Origin: an uncultured Fibrobacteria bacterium
Lineage (GTDB): Bacteria; Fibrobacterota; Fibrobacteria; UBA11236
DNA length: 64,000 bases
Direction: 5' to 3'
Assembly (NCBI GenBank): GCA_963716395.1
Contig: OY970309.1
Span: 3,328,001-3,392,000 of the forward strand
Shown here: positions 10,183-20,743 of the stretch, one piece after another
Layout of the letters: every line of letters starts with the position of its first letter
Position numbering within the stretch: position 1 is the stretch's first letter
Made by a program: the position numbers and the translations under genes
The notes under the pieces: generated by a model
The model's input: the letters and a program-made list of their open reading frames with translations, nothing else
The model's database searches: none
What the model was told of the DNA's origin: nothing

Positions 10183-11403
10183 ATGCGCCCCACGGCTTTG
10201 CTCATCATCGCCCTGCGGTCCCTGGCGCGCAACAAGCTGCGCACCATCCTGACCATGCTCGGCATCATCATCGGCGTGGCCGCGGTGATCGCCATGCTGG
10301 CGGTGGGCCAAGGCGCGCGCGCCGCGGTGGAAAGCTCCATCGCCAGTCTTGGCAGCAATGTGATCATCGTCTTTCCCGGCGCCTTGAACCAATCGGGTGT
10401 GCATCTGGAAGCGGGATCCGTGAGCCGTTTCACCGAATCTGATGCCGATTTCATCCGGCGCGGAGCGGATGCGGTGAAATACATCACCCCCATGGTGCGC
10501 ACCGGCGTGCAGTTGAAGGCGGGGAACCAGAATTGGCGCACCAACGTCTATGGAGTATACCCGGAATATCTGCAAATCCGGCTTTGGCCCGTGGTTTCGG
10601 GAGTGCCCTTCACCACTTCGGATGAGCGGGGCGCCACCAAGGTCTGCGTCATCGGCAAAACCGTGTCAGATAATCTTTTCGGCGAAGGTGTGGATCCGGT
10701 GGGGCGCACCATCCGCGTCAAAAATGAACCGTTCAAAGTGATCGGAATATTGGAATCCAAGGGCCAGAATGCTTTGGGCCAGGATCAGGATGATATCGTC
10801 ATCGCCCCCTATTCGACCATTCTGCACAAGGTGCTGGGCGGGATTTATGCGCAGACCTTCTTTGCCTCGGCGGTCTCCGAAGCCGCGATTCCCGAAGCCT
10901 CGGCGGAAATCGAACAGATATTGCGCCAGCACGAACGCATTCCCGAAGGCACGCCGTCGGATTTCACCATCCGCACGCAAACCGACATCGCCCAGGCCGC
11001 CACCTCGACCTCGCAGACGTTGACCGTGCTTTTGGCCAGCATCGCGGCCATCTCCCTGTTGGTGGGCGGCATCGGCATTATGAACATCATGTTGGTTTCC
11101 GTGACCGAACGCACGCGCGAAATCGGCATCCGCCTGGCGGTGGGGGCGTTGGGGCGCGACATCCTGCTCCAATTTCTCGTCGAAGCTCTCGCCATCAGCG
11201 TCATCGGCGGGCTGCTCGGCGTCACCTTTGGGGTGGGCACTTCGACGTTTCTCGCCACCACCCAGGGTTGGGCTGTGCAAATTTCACCGGTTTCGATTGT
11301 CGTGGCCTTCGGATTCTCCGCCGCCACGGGAATTTTCTTCGGCTGGTACCCGGCGCGCAAAGCGGCCGGGCTCAATCCCATCGACGCGCTGCGCTACGAA
11401 TAA
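10183..11403 (+). CDS. MacB-like ABC transporter permease
   Basis: NKLRTILTMLGIIIGVAAVI, ISLLVGGIGIMNIMLVSVTERTREIGIR, FGWYPARKAA.LNPIDALRYE. Confidence 0.95.
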   Translation: MRPTALLIIALRSLARNKLRTILTMLGIIIGVAAVIAMLAVGQGARAAVESSIASLGSNVIIVFPGALNQSGVHLEAGSVSRFTESDADFIRRGADAVKYITPMVRTGVQLKAGNQNWRTNVYGVYPEYLQIRLWPVVSGVPFTTSDERGATKVCVIGKTVSDNLFGEGVDPVGRTIRVKNEPFKVIGILESKGQNALGQDQDDIVIAPYSTILHKVLGGIYAQTFFASAVSEAAIPEASAEIEQILRQHERIPEGTPSDFTIRTQTDIAQAATSTSQTLTVLLASIAAISLLVGGIGIMNIMLVSVTERTREIGIRLAVGALGRDILLQFLVEALAISVIGGLLGVTFGVGTSTFLATTQGWAVQISPVSIVVAFGFSAATGIFFGWYPARKAAGLNPIDALRYE

Positions 11404-11583
11404 TTTCGTTGCCAAGCAGTTTGCTTTGCGCTGCGGCGATTCCGCCGCTTCCCTAAACCTCGAGCCTTTGTCATTCTGGGTATTTCTTTGGAATAAATGT
11501 CACAGAATTATTGCCGTTACTACAAAATCAGACCTGCTGGGTTAATGGATCGGGATTTCCACAAAATTACCCGTTTCAATTTA

Positions 11584-11599
11584 TGGCAGAAGCTTTGCT
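11584..11599 (+). promoter_or_regulatory. Sigma54 (-24/-12) promoter of nirK
   Basis: TGGCAG-AAGCT-TTGCT: GG(11585-86)-N10-GC(11597-98), ~45 bp before the nirK start and preceded by an AT-rich upstream region. Confidence 0.65.
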
Positions 11600-11643
11600 T
11601 GTCAATAAAACCAGGAAAAGAAATTTTTTGAAAGGAACCGAAG

Positions 11644-13077
11644 GTGATCGCCAAGTTAGCCAGTCTTCATGTTTCAGGAAAACTTCTCGTGGCCCTATTC
11701 TTCCTGGGCGGAATAGCGGGACACGCCGAAGAACCGTTCAAAGGTCAGGAAGAAGCTGTTTTGACCTCTCCGCCCTTGGTTCCGCCTCCCATTACCCGGA
11801 AATATCGCACGAAAATGATCGTTCACCTCGAAGTGATGGAACGGGTGGGAGAGTTGGCTCCGGGAGTGCAGTACAACTTTTGGACCTTCGGCGGTACCGT
11901 GCCGGGCAAATTCATACGCGTACGCGAAGGCGATGTAGTGGAAATGCATTTGTCCAATAATCCGGCCAATAAAATGCCGCATAACATCGACATGCATGCC
12001 GTCATCGGCCAGGGCGGAGGTGCCAGCTCTTCCATCACGGCTCCGGGGCACAGTTCAACGTTTTCTTTTACGGCCCTGCACCCGGGCCTGTTCGTATACC
12101 ATTGCGCCACCGCGCCCGTGGGCATGCATATCGCCAACGGCATGTACGGCCTCATTCTGGTGCAACCGAAGAACGGCTTGCCCCCTGTGGGTCGGGAGTA
12201 TTACGTCATGCAATCCGAGTTCTACACCAAAGGCCCCTATGGCCAGGAAGGTTTGCAGGGCTTTGACATGAACAAAGCCATTCACGAACAACCCGAATAC
12301 GTGGTGTTCAACGGGGCGGTGGGAGCCTTGACCGGCGACAAAGCGTTAACGGCCAAGGTGGGAGAGAAAGTACGGTTCTACGTCGGCAATATCGGACCCA
12401 ATTTTGTTTCCTCCTTCCACGTCATCGGAGAGATTTTCGATAAGGTGTATCGCGAAGCCGGATTCAAGTCAATCGAAGAAAACGTCCAAACCACCTTGAT
12501 CCCCGCGGGCGGTGCCACGGTGGTGGAACTGAAAATGGCCGAGCCGGGCACCTTTCTCTTGGTCGATCACTCGATCTTTCGGGCCTTCAACCAAGGTTGC
12601 CTGGGCATGGTGAAAGTGACGGGTCCGGAAAACAAGGAGATCTATTCCGGCAAGATCAGCGACGATGTGTACCGGCCCGAAGGCGCGACCATTCAATCCA
12701 TCGGCGCCGCGCCGACTCCGCCGCATGGAATTTGGGACAAAGCCGCTTTGATGGAACGGGGGCAACACGTTTTCGAACAGGTTTGCGCGGCCTGTCATCA
12801 ACCCGACGCCCAGGGAGTTCCCACCGCCTTCCCGCCTTTGGCAAAGTCGGACTTCTTGATGGCAAATAAAAAACGGGCCGTCGACATCGTCATGAACGGC
12901 CATAGCGGCGAAATCACGGTGAACGGAATGAAATTCAACGGCGTCATGCCCAAACTCGAATTGGACGACGCTTCCATTGCCGCCGCTTTAACCTATGTGC
13001 GCAACAGTTTCGGCAATGCGGCCGGAGATTCGGTTTCGGTCGACGAGGTCAAGGCCGAACGGGCCGCGCAAAAATAA
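11644..13077 (+). CDS. nirK: Copper-containing nitrite reductase with fused C-terminal cytochrome c
   Basis: PHNIDMH, YHCATAPVGMHIANGMYG (type 1/type 2 Cu ligands), SSFHVIGEIFD, LVDHSIFRAFNQG; C-terminal CAACH heme motif and MP axial Met. Confidence 0.95.
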   Translation: MIAKLASLHVSGKLLVALFFLGGIAGHAEEPFKGQEEAVLTSPPLVPPPITRKYRTKMIVHLEVMERVGELAPGVQYNFWTFGGTVPGKFIRVREGDVVEMHLSNNPANKMPHNIDMHAVIGQGGGASSSITAPGHSSTFSFTALHPGLFVYHCATAPVGMHIANGMYGLILVQPKNGLPPVGREYYVMQSEFYTKGPYGQEGLQGFDMNKAIHEQPEYVVFNGAVGALTGDKALTAKVGEKVRFYVGNIGPNFVSSFHVIGEIFDKVYREAGFKSIEENVQTTLIPAGGATVVELKMAEPGTFLLVDHSIFRAFNQGCLGMVKVTGPENKEIYSGKISDDVYRPEGATIQSIGAAPTPPHGIWDKAALMERGQHVFEQVCAACHQPDAQGVPTAFPPLAKSDFLMANKKRAVDIVMNGHSGEITVNGMKFNGVMPKLELDDASIAAALTYVRNSFGNAAGDSVSVDEVKAERAAQK

Positions 13078-13135
13078 ACCTCCCCGTCCGCAGATGACGG
13101 ACATCGGCAGACGGGATTTCGGCCTGGAGGGGTGA

Positions 13136-13915
13136 TTGAAAACGGCGCGCGTCTTGGTTTTGGTGCTGCTGCCGCTTGGCTTTCGGCTTAGCGGCGCGGC
13201 TTCACGGGATACCAGCGCCATGTCCCTGGTGCCCGGCGGCGTATTCACGTTGCCCTTTCATCGCGACACGGCGGCGGTTACCGTCACCGTGTCCCCTTTT
13301 TACCTCGATGTGCATGCGGTGACGGCCGCGGAATACTCCGCGTTTCTGCAGCGTCATCCCCGCTTCCAACCCGCGCATATCGGCCGCCTTCTCGCCGAGC
13401 AAACCTATTTGCGTGCGTGGAAGAGCGGGCTACCGCCGCAGGCCTTGAAGTCGCCCGTCACCGACATTTCCTGGTACGCCGCCAAAGCCTATTGCGCCGA
13501 TCAAGGCAAACGTTTGCCGACCACGGCCGAATGGGAATGGGCCGCAAAGCCGTTGCCGCTGGGCATGGACAGCGCCGCTTTTCTGCAAGCCGTCATCGAT
13601 TGGTACGGAACGCCCATGCGTACTCCTCCGCCGGCGGTCGGTTCGGGAACCAGGAACCTTTACGGCATCGAGGATCTCTTCGGGGTGATTTGGGAATGGA
13701 CCTCGGATTTCAACGCCTTTGGGTTCACGGGCCTCAATGATCAAAGCGCCGAAAGCCGCGGATTGTTTTGCGGAGCCGGTACCACGAATGCGGCCGGATT
13801 CGCGAACTATGCCACCTATATGCGTTGGGCGTTTCGCTTGAGTTTGCAGCCGGATTACACCGAAGAAAGCCTGGGCTTCCGTTGTGCACGGAACGCCGCT
13901 GCAAACGGAGGTTAA
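13136..13915 (+). CDS. Formylglycine-generating-enzyme (SUMF1/NirV-like) family protein
   Basis: PVTDISWYAAKAYC, KRLPTTAEWEWAA, NLYGIEDLFGVIWEW, LGFRCA; directly downstream of nirK. Confidence 0.88.
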   Translation: MKTARVLVLVLLPLGFRLSGAASRDTSAMSLVPGGVFTLPFHRDTAAVTVTVSPFYLDVHAVTAAEYSAFLQRHPRFQPAHIGRLLAEQTYLRAWKSGLPPQALKSPVTDISWYAAKAYCADQGKRLPTTAEWEWAAKPLPLGMDSAAFLQAVIDWYGTPMRTPPPAVGSGTRNLYGIEDLFGVIWEWTSDFNAFGFTGLNDQSAESRGLFCGAGTTNAAGFANYATYMRWAFRLSLQPDYTEESLGFRCARNAAANGG

Positions 13916-13917
13916 AC

Positions 13918-14535
13918 ATGCGGCTCGGAATCGCTATAACGGCTTTGGTGATTTCGTCGTCGCCCGCCAGGACTGCGTCAACGCCTGTTCCTGAAACTTC
14001 GATTTACCAGCTCGCCTCGACTTGGCAAAAAGACGATGGCGAAAAAATTCACTTGCAGGATTTGGGCGGCGAGGTGCGGGTGCTGGCTCTGTTTTTCACC
14101 CAATGCAACGGCATCTGCCCGCTCATCGTCTCGCAAATCAAACAGGCGGAGCATGCGCTTCCGCCCCGCCTGCAAGGCAAGGTGGGTTTCACCTTGGTGA
14201 CCTTGGACCCCGAAGAAGACAGCCTTCCGGCATTGACGGCCTATCGGGAAAAAATGGGCCTGTCGCAACCGGAGTGGGTGCTGTTACGCGGTAACCTGGA
14301 TGATACTCGCGAATTGGCCAACCTTCTCGGCGTTTCCATCGGCACCGAAAGCGACGGCCAAATTCCGCATACGGCCCTGATCGTCATTCTTGATCGCGCC
14401 GGCCGCATCGTGGGGAAGTATCCCGGCATTTCCGACCGCCGCGCTTTTCTGCGCCGCTTGCAACAAACCGTAGATCGGAATAAGGCAAGCACCGGCGCCA
14501 CAACTCACAGCCGCGAGATCAGCAACTCGCGCTGA
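13918..14535 (+). CDS. SCO1/SenC family copper chaperone
   Basis: [10 protein letters not shown] (CxxxC), VTLDPEEDS, conserved His in IPHT. Start at ATG 13918 after GGAGG. Confidence 0.88.
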   Translation: MRLGIAITALVISSSPARTASTPVPETSIYQLASTWQKDDGEKIHLQDLGGEVRVLALFFTQCNGICPLIVSQIKQAEHALPPRLQGKVGFTLVTLDPEEDSLPALTAYREKMGLSQPEWVLLRGNLDDTRELANLLGVSIGTESDGQIPHTALIVILDRAGRIVGKYPGISDRRAFLRRLQQTVDRNKASTGATTHSREISNSR

Positions 14536-16280
14536 AAGATCAATTCTTTGGGCAGGTGCTCGTACAACTTCACAAAGAGTTCGTCCTGCGAAATAACCTC
14601 GCGTTTCCAAGCGTTCAAATCGATGGCCTGCAAGGCGTCGAACTCGGGCCGGGTGAAATCCATGCCGCGCCAATCCAGGTCCTCGTAAAATGGCATCCAG
14701 CCGAGCGGCGTTTCCAAGGCTCCGCAGCGGCCGCGGCAGCGATCGATGATCCACTTGAGCACGCGCATGTTTTCGCCGAAACCGGGCCACAGAAAACGCC
14801 CCGCCTCTTGCCGGAACCAATTGACGTGGAAGAACCGCGGCGGATTCAGCAGGCGTTTGCGCATCTTAAGCCAATGGGCCAAATACTCGCCCAGGTTATA
14901 ACCGCAGAACGGAAGCATGGCCATGGGGTCGCGACGCAACACGCCGGTGGCGCCGGCCGCCGCGGCCGTGGTTTCCGAGGCCAAGGTGGCGCCGAGGTAT
15001 ACGCCGTGAATCCAATTGAAGGCCTGGCACACCAGGGGCATATTGGTGGGCCGCCGGCCTCCGAACACGATGGCGCTGATAGGCACGCCCTCCGGGGCAT
15101 CCCAAGCCGGATCGCGCGACGGACATTGTTCAATCGGCACCGTGTAACGCGCATTGGGATGGGCTGCCGGGCGGCCGCAGCCCGGAGTCCATTCCTCTCC
15201 GCGCCAATCCAGGATTTTTCCCGCAGGCGGAGCGGATAACCCTTCCCACCACACGTCGCCGTCTTCGGTCATGGCCGTATTCGTGAATATGGCATTGGCC
15301 CGCAACGTCTTCACCGCATTTTGGTTGGTGAGTTCCGAAGTTCCGGGAGCCACCCCGAAAAACCCGGCTTCGGGATTGATGGCGTACAGGCGGCCATCCG
15401 GGCCGGGATGCATCCAGGCGATGTCATCGCCCACGGTCCACACCTTCCAACCCGCCATGGCTTGCGGCGGTGACAGCATGGCGAAATTGGTTTTGCCGCA
15501 TGCGCTGGGGAAGGCCGCCGCCACATACGTCTTCTCCCCTTCCGGCGACTCGGCTCCGAGAATCAGCATGTGCTCGGCCAGCCAGCCTTCTTCACGGCCC
15601 ATGACACTGGCGATGCGGAGCGCGAAACATTTTTTTCCCAGCAAGGCATTGCCGCCATAGCCGCTGCCGTAAGACCAGATTTCGCGGGTCTCGGGAAAAT
15701 GCACGATGTATTTCGTAGTGGGATTGCTCGGCCACGGGACATCGGCCTCGTTATCCCCGAGCGGTTTGCCCACCGAATGCAGGCAGGGAATGATCTCACC
15801 GCCCGCCGGCACCTGTGCTAAGGCAGCGGGACCGGTGCGTGTCATGACATCCATGCAGTACGCCACATAGGGCGAGTCGGTTATTTCTACCCCCACGCGC
15901 GCAGAGGGCGAACCCACTGGCCCCATGCTGAAGGGAATCACGTACATGGTCCGGCCGCGCATGCTGCCTTGGAAAGCATCATGCAGTAATGCGCGCATGC
16001 GCTCCGGCTCCATCCAATTATTGGTGGGCCCGGCTTGCTCCTGGGTACGCGCGCAGATATAGGTGCGATCTTCCAAGCGCGCCACGTCGTCGGGCGTGGA
16101 ACGCGCCAAATAGCATCCGGGTCGCTTGGCGGGATTCAGAGGGAAAAAAGTACCCCGTTGCACCAATTCCGCGGCCAAGGCTTCATGGTCCTCTGTGCTT
16201 CCCGTATACCATTGCACAGCAAGGGGTTGGCACAATGTTTTAATCTTGTCCACCCATCCGGTCAATTCCTCCTTTTTCAC
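14505..16280 (-). CDS. pckG: Phosphoenolpyruvate carboxykinase (GTP)
   Basis: [69 protein letters not shown]. Confidence 0.96.
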   Translation of the reverse strand: MKKEELTGWVDKIKTLCQPLAVQWYTGSTEDHEALAAELVQRGTFFPLNPAKRPGCYLARSTPDDVARLEDRTYICARTQEQAGPTNNWMEPERMRALLHDAFQGSMRGRTMYVIPFSMGPVGSPSARVGVEITDSPYVAYCMDVMTRTGPAALAQVPAGGEIIPCLHSVGKPLGDNEADVPWPSNPTTKYIVHFPETREIWSYGSGYGGNALLGKKCFALRIASVMGREEGWLAEHMLILGAESPEGEKTYVAAAFPSACGKTNFAMLSPPQAMAGWKVWTVGDDIAWMHPGPDGRLYAINPEAGFFGVAPGTSELTNQNAVKTLRANAIFTNTAMTEDGDVWWEGLSAPPAGKILDWRGEEWTPGCGRPAAHPNARYTVPIEQCPSRDPAWDAPEGVPISAIVFGGRRPTNMPLVCQAFNWIHGVYLGATLASETTAAAAGATGVLRRDPMAMLPFCGYNLGEYLAHWLKMRKRLLNPPRFFHVNWFRQEAGRFLWPGFGENMRVLKWIIDRCRGRCGALETPLGWMPFYEDLDWRGMDFTRPEFDALQAIDLNAWKREVISQDELFVKLYEHLPKELIFQRELLISRL

Positions 16281-16354
16281 CGGATCATTCCTTTATTAGT
16301 TTTTTTTCGCCTTTTAAAAATGCTTCGTGTGTCAAATCGGAGGGTACGGGTGAC

Positions 16355-16819
16355 ATGACGCAGGCTCAACTGGAAGATATCCGTAAGGTTTTGGATCGGC
16401 AAGGTACGACCGATCCCTCTTTCGACTGCATTGCCGGCCGCTTGTTGCAAACCTTTGATGTCCAAATGGCGTCCATCCACACCTTGGATCCGGCCACCGG
16501 CATGCTCAAGCTGCGTTGCCAGCGCGGCCTTGACCCCAAGGCGGCGGAAAAAATCCGTTTTTTATGCATGGGTAAAAGCCTGCCGGGTAAAGCCGCCGCG
16601 TTGCGTCAACCTGTACAAGACCATAATACTTCGGTAACGGGAACCTTTTTTCCCGAATACGAGGTGTTCCCCAGCGGCGCCCTCTTCGTACCCATGATCA
16701 ACGCCTCGATCCTGACCGGCGTGCTGGGAATCGCCAAAGGCTTTCATCAACAATTCGCTCCGGATTTCATCGCTTCCCTGACTGCGGTAGCCCGACTCAT
16801 CGCCTCCTATCTTAAATAA
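16355..16819 (+). CDS. Stand-alone GAF domain protein
   Basis: SIHTLD...LKLRCQRGL...GKSLPGKAA...PV...ALFVPM...GVLGIA, a GAF-fold pattern with no output domain. Confidence 0.75.
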   Translation: MTQAQLEDIRKVLDRQGTTDPSFDCIAGRLLQTFDVQMASIHTLDPATGMLKLRCQRGLDPKAAEKIRFLCMGKSLPGKAAALRQPVQDHNTSVTGTFFPEYEVFPSGALFVPMINASILTGVLGIAKGFHQQFAPDFIASLTAVARLIASYLK

Positions 16820-16827
16820 TCTCCGGC

Positions 16828-18294
16828 ATGTTTTCTGCTTGGGATTGGTTGGTGGTCGCGTCGTATTTCGCGGCCATGGCGGGCATCGGTTTTTATTTCT
16901 CCCGGCGCAACCGCAATTTCGAAGATTTCATGTTCGGCGGGGGCGATATGCCTTGGCTGGCCGTGGGCGTTTCTCTCATCGCCACTTCGGTCAGTGCCAG
17001 CACCTTTCTCGGCTACCCCGCCGATTCCTACGCCCAGGACATGCGGCTGATCATGCTCAATGCGGGATCGCTGTTGGCCATCGGCATCATCGCGATTGTA
17101 TTCATTCCCCGCTTCCGGCGGTCGCACATCGATTCGGCCTACGAGCTGTTGGAGAAACGGTTTTCCCGGCCGGTGCGCAAGCTCGCGGCCGTCTTGTACT
17201 CGCTGCACTTGCTGCTGCGCATGGGTTTGCTCATTTATGTGCCGTCTTTGGTGCTGAAAGACATTCTGCACGCGCCGCTGTGGATTTCGATTTGCATCAT
17301 GTCGGCAGCCGCCATTCTGTACACCTATCACGGTGGTCTCAAGGCCGTGACCTGGACCGACGTGATCCAATTCTTGATCTTCTTCGGCACGGGTTGTCTC
17401 GCCTTGTGGATTTGCGCCCAGCGCATCGGATCGTGGCATGAAGCCTTTCACGCCGCTTCTCTGGCGGGTAAAACGCGCTGGCATGATTTCACCTTTGACC
17501 CTGCGAGCGCGCGCAATTTCTGGAGCGCGGGCGTGGTTTATGCCTGCTTCGAGGTGGCCATTCGCGGCTGCGATCAGCAATTCGTCCAGCGCTATCTTTC
17601 TTGCCGCAATGTGCGCGAAGCCAACTTCTCGTCTTTTCTCTCGGGCCTTTTGGGCATCGCGGTGGGTCTGACTTTTTTTCTGCTGGGCGCATTTCTGTTC
17701 GTTTATTACCAGGTGAAACATGCGGCGCCGCTCCCGGTCCACGATGTGAATCAGGTCTTTCCCTATTTCATTCTGACCACGCTGCCGCCGGGGACGAAAG
17801 GGGTTCTCGTCGCGGCCCTGCTGGCCGCGGCCATGAGTTCGCAGAGCTCGGCGCTGACCGCGCTTTCCAATACCACGGTGATCGATTTTCTTGGCCCCAC
17901 CCGGGAAAGAGGATTGCGGTCGGCACGGAAATGGGTGGTGATTTGGGGAATCCTGGGAGCGCTGGCCGCGTTCATCTGCACCCTGGGCAACATCTCCATT
18001 CTGACCAAGGCCTTATTTTTCACTTCGCTGTTTACCGGCCCTTTGCTCGGACTTTTTCTGCTGGCGTTTTTCCGGCCCGGACTCAATCCTCAAGCCGTGT
18101 TGTATGCGGCGGTGGGTGGAATGCTTTTCCTCTTGTTGTTTTTGAAAATCCCCGTGTTGCCGGCGCAGGCCTGGAAGCCCGTGTACGAGGTTTCGTGGCC
18201 GTGGAATCCGTTGATTTCAACGACGGCCACGGTGGTATTCGCCCAGGTTTTAAATCCGTTTTTCCCGAAGCGAACGGCCCTTCCGGCCGGATGA
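16828..18294 (+). CDS. Sodium:solute symporter (SSS) family transporter
   Basis: DFMFGGGDMPW, SLIATSVSASTFLGYP, SAYELLEKRF, GGLKAVTWTDVIQ, DQQFVQRY, AAAMSS. Confidence 0.93.
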   Translation: MFSAWDWLVVASYFAAMAGIGFYFSRRNRNFEDFMFGGGDMPWLAVGVSLIATSVSASTFLGYPADSYAQDMRLIMLNAGSLLAIGIIAIVFIPRFRRSHIDSAYELLEKRFSRPVRKLAAVLYSLHLLLRMGLLIYVPSLVLKDILHAPLWISICIMSAAAILYTYHGGLKAVTWTDVIQFLIFFGTGCLALWICAQRIGSWHEAFHAASLAGKTRWHDFTFDPASARNFWSAGVVYACFEVAIRGCDQQFVQRYLSCRNVREANFSSFLSGLLGIAVGLTFFLLGAFLFVYYQVKHAAPLPVHDVNQVFPYFILTTLPPGTKGVLVAALLAAAMSSQSSALTALSNTTVIDFLGPTRERGLRSARKWVVIWGILGALAAFICTLGNISILTKALFFTSLFTGPLLGLFLLAFFRPGLNPQAVLYAAVGGMLFLLLFLKIPVLPAQAWKPVYEVSWPWNPLISTTATVVFAQVLNPFFPKRTALPAG

Positions 18295-18311
18295 AAATCC
18301 GCGGAAGATCT

Positions 18312-18932
18312 TCACCGCAAGTACCACACGTTGACACAGGCTTGAATCACGCCGATGGCGATGCCCAAGGCTGCGCCGATCCAGGCGATCTCGCCGAACT
18401 CGCGGCGGCCGATCTCTTCGATGATGTCGTTGAGCTGGGTCACGTCGAAAGCCAGGATGTTGCGGCGGATGGTGTCGCGCAAATCGATTTTGTTTTCCAG
18501 CGACAGCACCAGTTGCCGCAAGAAAGCATCGCTTTCCCCGGCCAAGGCTTCGGCGATTTTGTCGCGGATGCCGTGCAATTTTTCCGGGCTGACGAAAGCC
18601 TTGATGAAGGGCATGGAGTCCAGAACTTCGCCCAGCTTCTCCTCCCACTTCTCCATGAGCAAAAGGCGCAGCGCTTCCTTGGGATCGGCCTGGGCCAGGA
18701 AATTCATGATGTCTTGTTCGGTTAAAAATTTTTGCGCGATGGCCGTGGAGATGCGATCGGCCAATTCGGCCTGTCGGCGTGGCAACAGCCCCTGGATTTT
18801 AAGACCCAAAACCCTGACCGGCCGCACCGGCTTCAACAGCAATTTGACCGCCAGCCAATTGGTGAAATAGCCGTGCGCACCGGCCAACAGCATGGGCAGC
18901 AAGATCAACGTCGCAATATGGTCCCAATGCAT
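18312..18932 (-). CDS. DUF445 family membrane protein
   Basis: GYFTNWLAVKLL, QGLLPRRQ.ELA, C-terminal IGAALGIAIGVIQ. Confidence 0.85.
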   Translation of the reverse strand: MHWDHIATLILLPMLLAGAHGYFTNWLAVKLLLKPVRPVRVLGLKIQGLLPRRQAELADRISTAIAQKFLTEQDIMNFLAQADPKEALRLLLMEKWEEKLGEVLDSMPFIKAFVSPEKLHGIRDKIAEALAGESDAFLRQLVLSLENKIDLRDTIRRNILAFDVTQLNDIIEEIGRREFGEIAWIGAALGIAIGVIQACVNVWYLR

Positions 18933-19084
18933 GGTTTCCTCTCGATCTTTGGGGCTGCAAAAATAGCTCGCCGGTCCGCAAACGCGGCTCTGATCACATC
19001 CGAGCTTCGGCGCGGTAACGGAAAGGCTACCCGCCGGCGATCCGCATGGATTCGCGGTTGCCCGGGGGATAACTTGGGAATACC

Positions 19085-19113
19085 TTGCAATTCGGATCGG
19101 GAATAATTAAAGT
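19085..19113 (+). promoter_or_regulatory. Putative sigma70 promoter of rhlE
   Basis: TTGCAA-17 bp-TAAAGT, implying a ~145-nt 5' leader. Confidence 0.45.
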
Positions 19114-19263
19114 TTCCGGACAATCATCCTCTCCCGATTTCCTCGATTTCCGCGAATCGCACTTCTGCTTCGTTGACACCCTTGGACGCCGGGCGGCCGT
19201 TTTCGGGGAAACTCCCCGCGCCCGATAAGGTTTTGATTTAACCGGCAACCCCAAGGAGTCGCC

Positions 19264-20631
19264 ATGCTATTTCGTGAATTGAATTTAATTCCCACCATTT
19301 TATCCGCGCTACAGGCCAAAGGATATGAGACCCCCACGCCTATCCAGGCCGCGGCCATTCCTCCCGTGCTGGAGGGCAAAGATCTGCTGGGTTGCGCGCA
19401 AACCGGCACGGGCAAAACCGCCGCCTTCGCCCTGCCTATCTTGCAAACCTTGGCCGGAAAACCTCCGGCCGACCGCGGGCGTAAATATATCCGCGCCCTC
19501 ATTTTGGCGCCGACGCGCGAGTTGGCGTTGCAAATCGGAGAAAGCTTTCAGGCCTATGGCCGCGATTTGAACCTGCGTCTGGCCGCGGTTTTCGGCGGCG
19601 TCAGCGACTTCGGGCAAAAGCAAAAGCTGCGGCAAGGCGTCGACATTCTCGTGGCCACGCCGGGCCGGCTCATGGACCTACACGCACAACGCGTGTTGTC
19701 GCTGGATCGCGTCGAGATCTTCGTTCTGGACGAAGCCGATCGCATGCTCGATATGGGCTTTGTCCACGATGTGCGCCGTATCGCGGCTTTGCTGCCGGCC
19801 AAGCGCCAAACCCTGTTGTTTTCGGCCACCATGCCGCCGGAGATTCGCTCGCTTTCCCAAAGCCTTTTGCATGCTCCCGTCATGGTCGAGGTGGCGCGCG
19901 TTTCGTCGACCGCGGATAACGTGGATCAAGCCGTCTACCACGTCCCGCGCAATCTCAAGCCCGATTTGCTGCGGCATCTGCTGGCTGATGCGAATGTTCA
20001 GCGGGCCCTGGTTTTCACCCGCACCAAACACGGCGCCGACCGCCTGCACAAAACGCTGGACCGCCATCGCATCGCCGCGGAAGCGTTGCATGGCAATAAA
20101 ACCCAAGGCGCCCGCCAACGGGCCCTGGAAAATTTCAAGCGCGGAAAAACGCGCGTGCTGGTTGCCACCGACATTGCCGCGCGCGGTATTGACGTCACCG
20201 ACATTTCGCATGTCTTCAATTACGATTTGCCCGAAGTGCCGGAAACCTATGTGCATCGCGTGGGCCGTACGGCCCGCGCCGGAGCGACCGGAATGGCCGT
20301 GGCTTTCTGCGACGTGGATGAGCGCGGCTATTTGCACGGCATCGAACGTCTGACACGCAAACGTCTGGATGTGCTGCCGTTGCCGGTGTTCGCTGGCAAC
20401 GCGTCGGGGGCGGCTTCGGAGGTACAGGCCGATCCGCAGGAACGTCCGCTTCACCCGTCTTCCGCATCGCACCGATCGCCCCGATACGAAACCCGAAGCC
20501 AGGAACCGGCCCGGACTCCCCAATCGGAACACCGCGGGCCCGAGCACTCGGCAACCGGCCCGCGCTTTGGCCGTCGCCATGGTTCGAATTTCGAAGGTCG
20601 CGGCAAGGCCCGCAACTTTCGCGGCCGATAG
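19264..20631 (+). CDS. rhlE: DEAD-box ATP-dependent RNA helicase (RhlE-like)
   Basis: Q motif GYETPTPIQ, AQTGTGKT, PTRELA, TPGRL, DEAD, SAT, ARGID, HRVGRTAR; basic disordered tail; RBS AAGGAG. Confidence 0.93.
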   Translation: MLFRELNLIPTILSALQAKGYETPTPIQAAAIPPVLEGKDLLGCAQTGTGKTAAFALPILQTLAGKPPADRGRKYIRALILAPTRELALQIGESFQAYGRDLNLRLAAVFGGVSDFGQKQKLRQGVDILVATPGRLMDLHAQRVLSLDRVEIFVLDEADRMLDMGFVHDVRRIAALLPAKRQTLLFSATMPPEIRSLSQSLLHAPVMVEVARVSSTADNVDQAVYHVPRNLKPDLLRHLLADANVQRALVFTRTKHGADRLHKTLDRHRIAAEALHGNKTQGARQRALENFKRGKTRVLVATDIAARGIDVTDISHVFNYDLPEVPETYVHRVGRTARAGATGMAVAFCDVDERGYLHGIERLTRKRLDVLPLPVFAGNASGAASEVQADPQERPLHPSSASHRSPRYETRSQEPARTPQSEHRGPEHSATGPRFGRRHGSNFEGRGKARNFRGR

Positions 20632-20743
20632 CGGTTCACTTCCCCACCGATGTCTGGCCGTTTGCGTTGTGCAGAAAATGGCCGATTTATTAACTTTCAT
20701 GTGCTTTGATCCATTTGTGGGTCAGAGCGCTTTGATTTCTGGC

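Noticed and set aside
11500-11610. FNR/DNR box upstream of nirK
   Set aside because: The TTG...CAA pairs present have 5 or 9 bp spacing, not the required 8.
15221-15231. CCGCAGGCGGA, a partial match to the tRNA palindrome
   Set aside because: It lies inside the pckG coding sequence, lacks the full left arm, and is expected by chance in GC-rich DNA.
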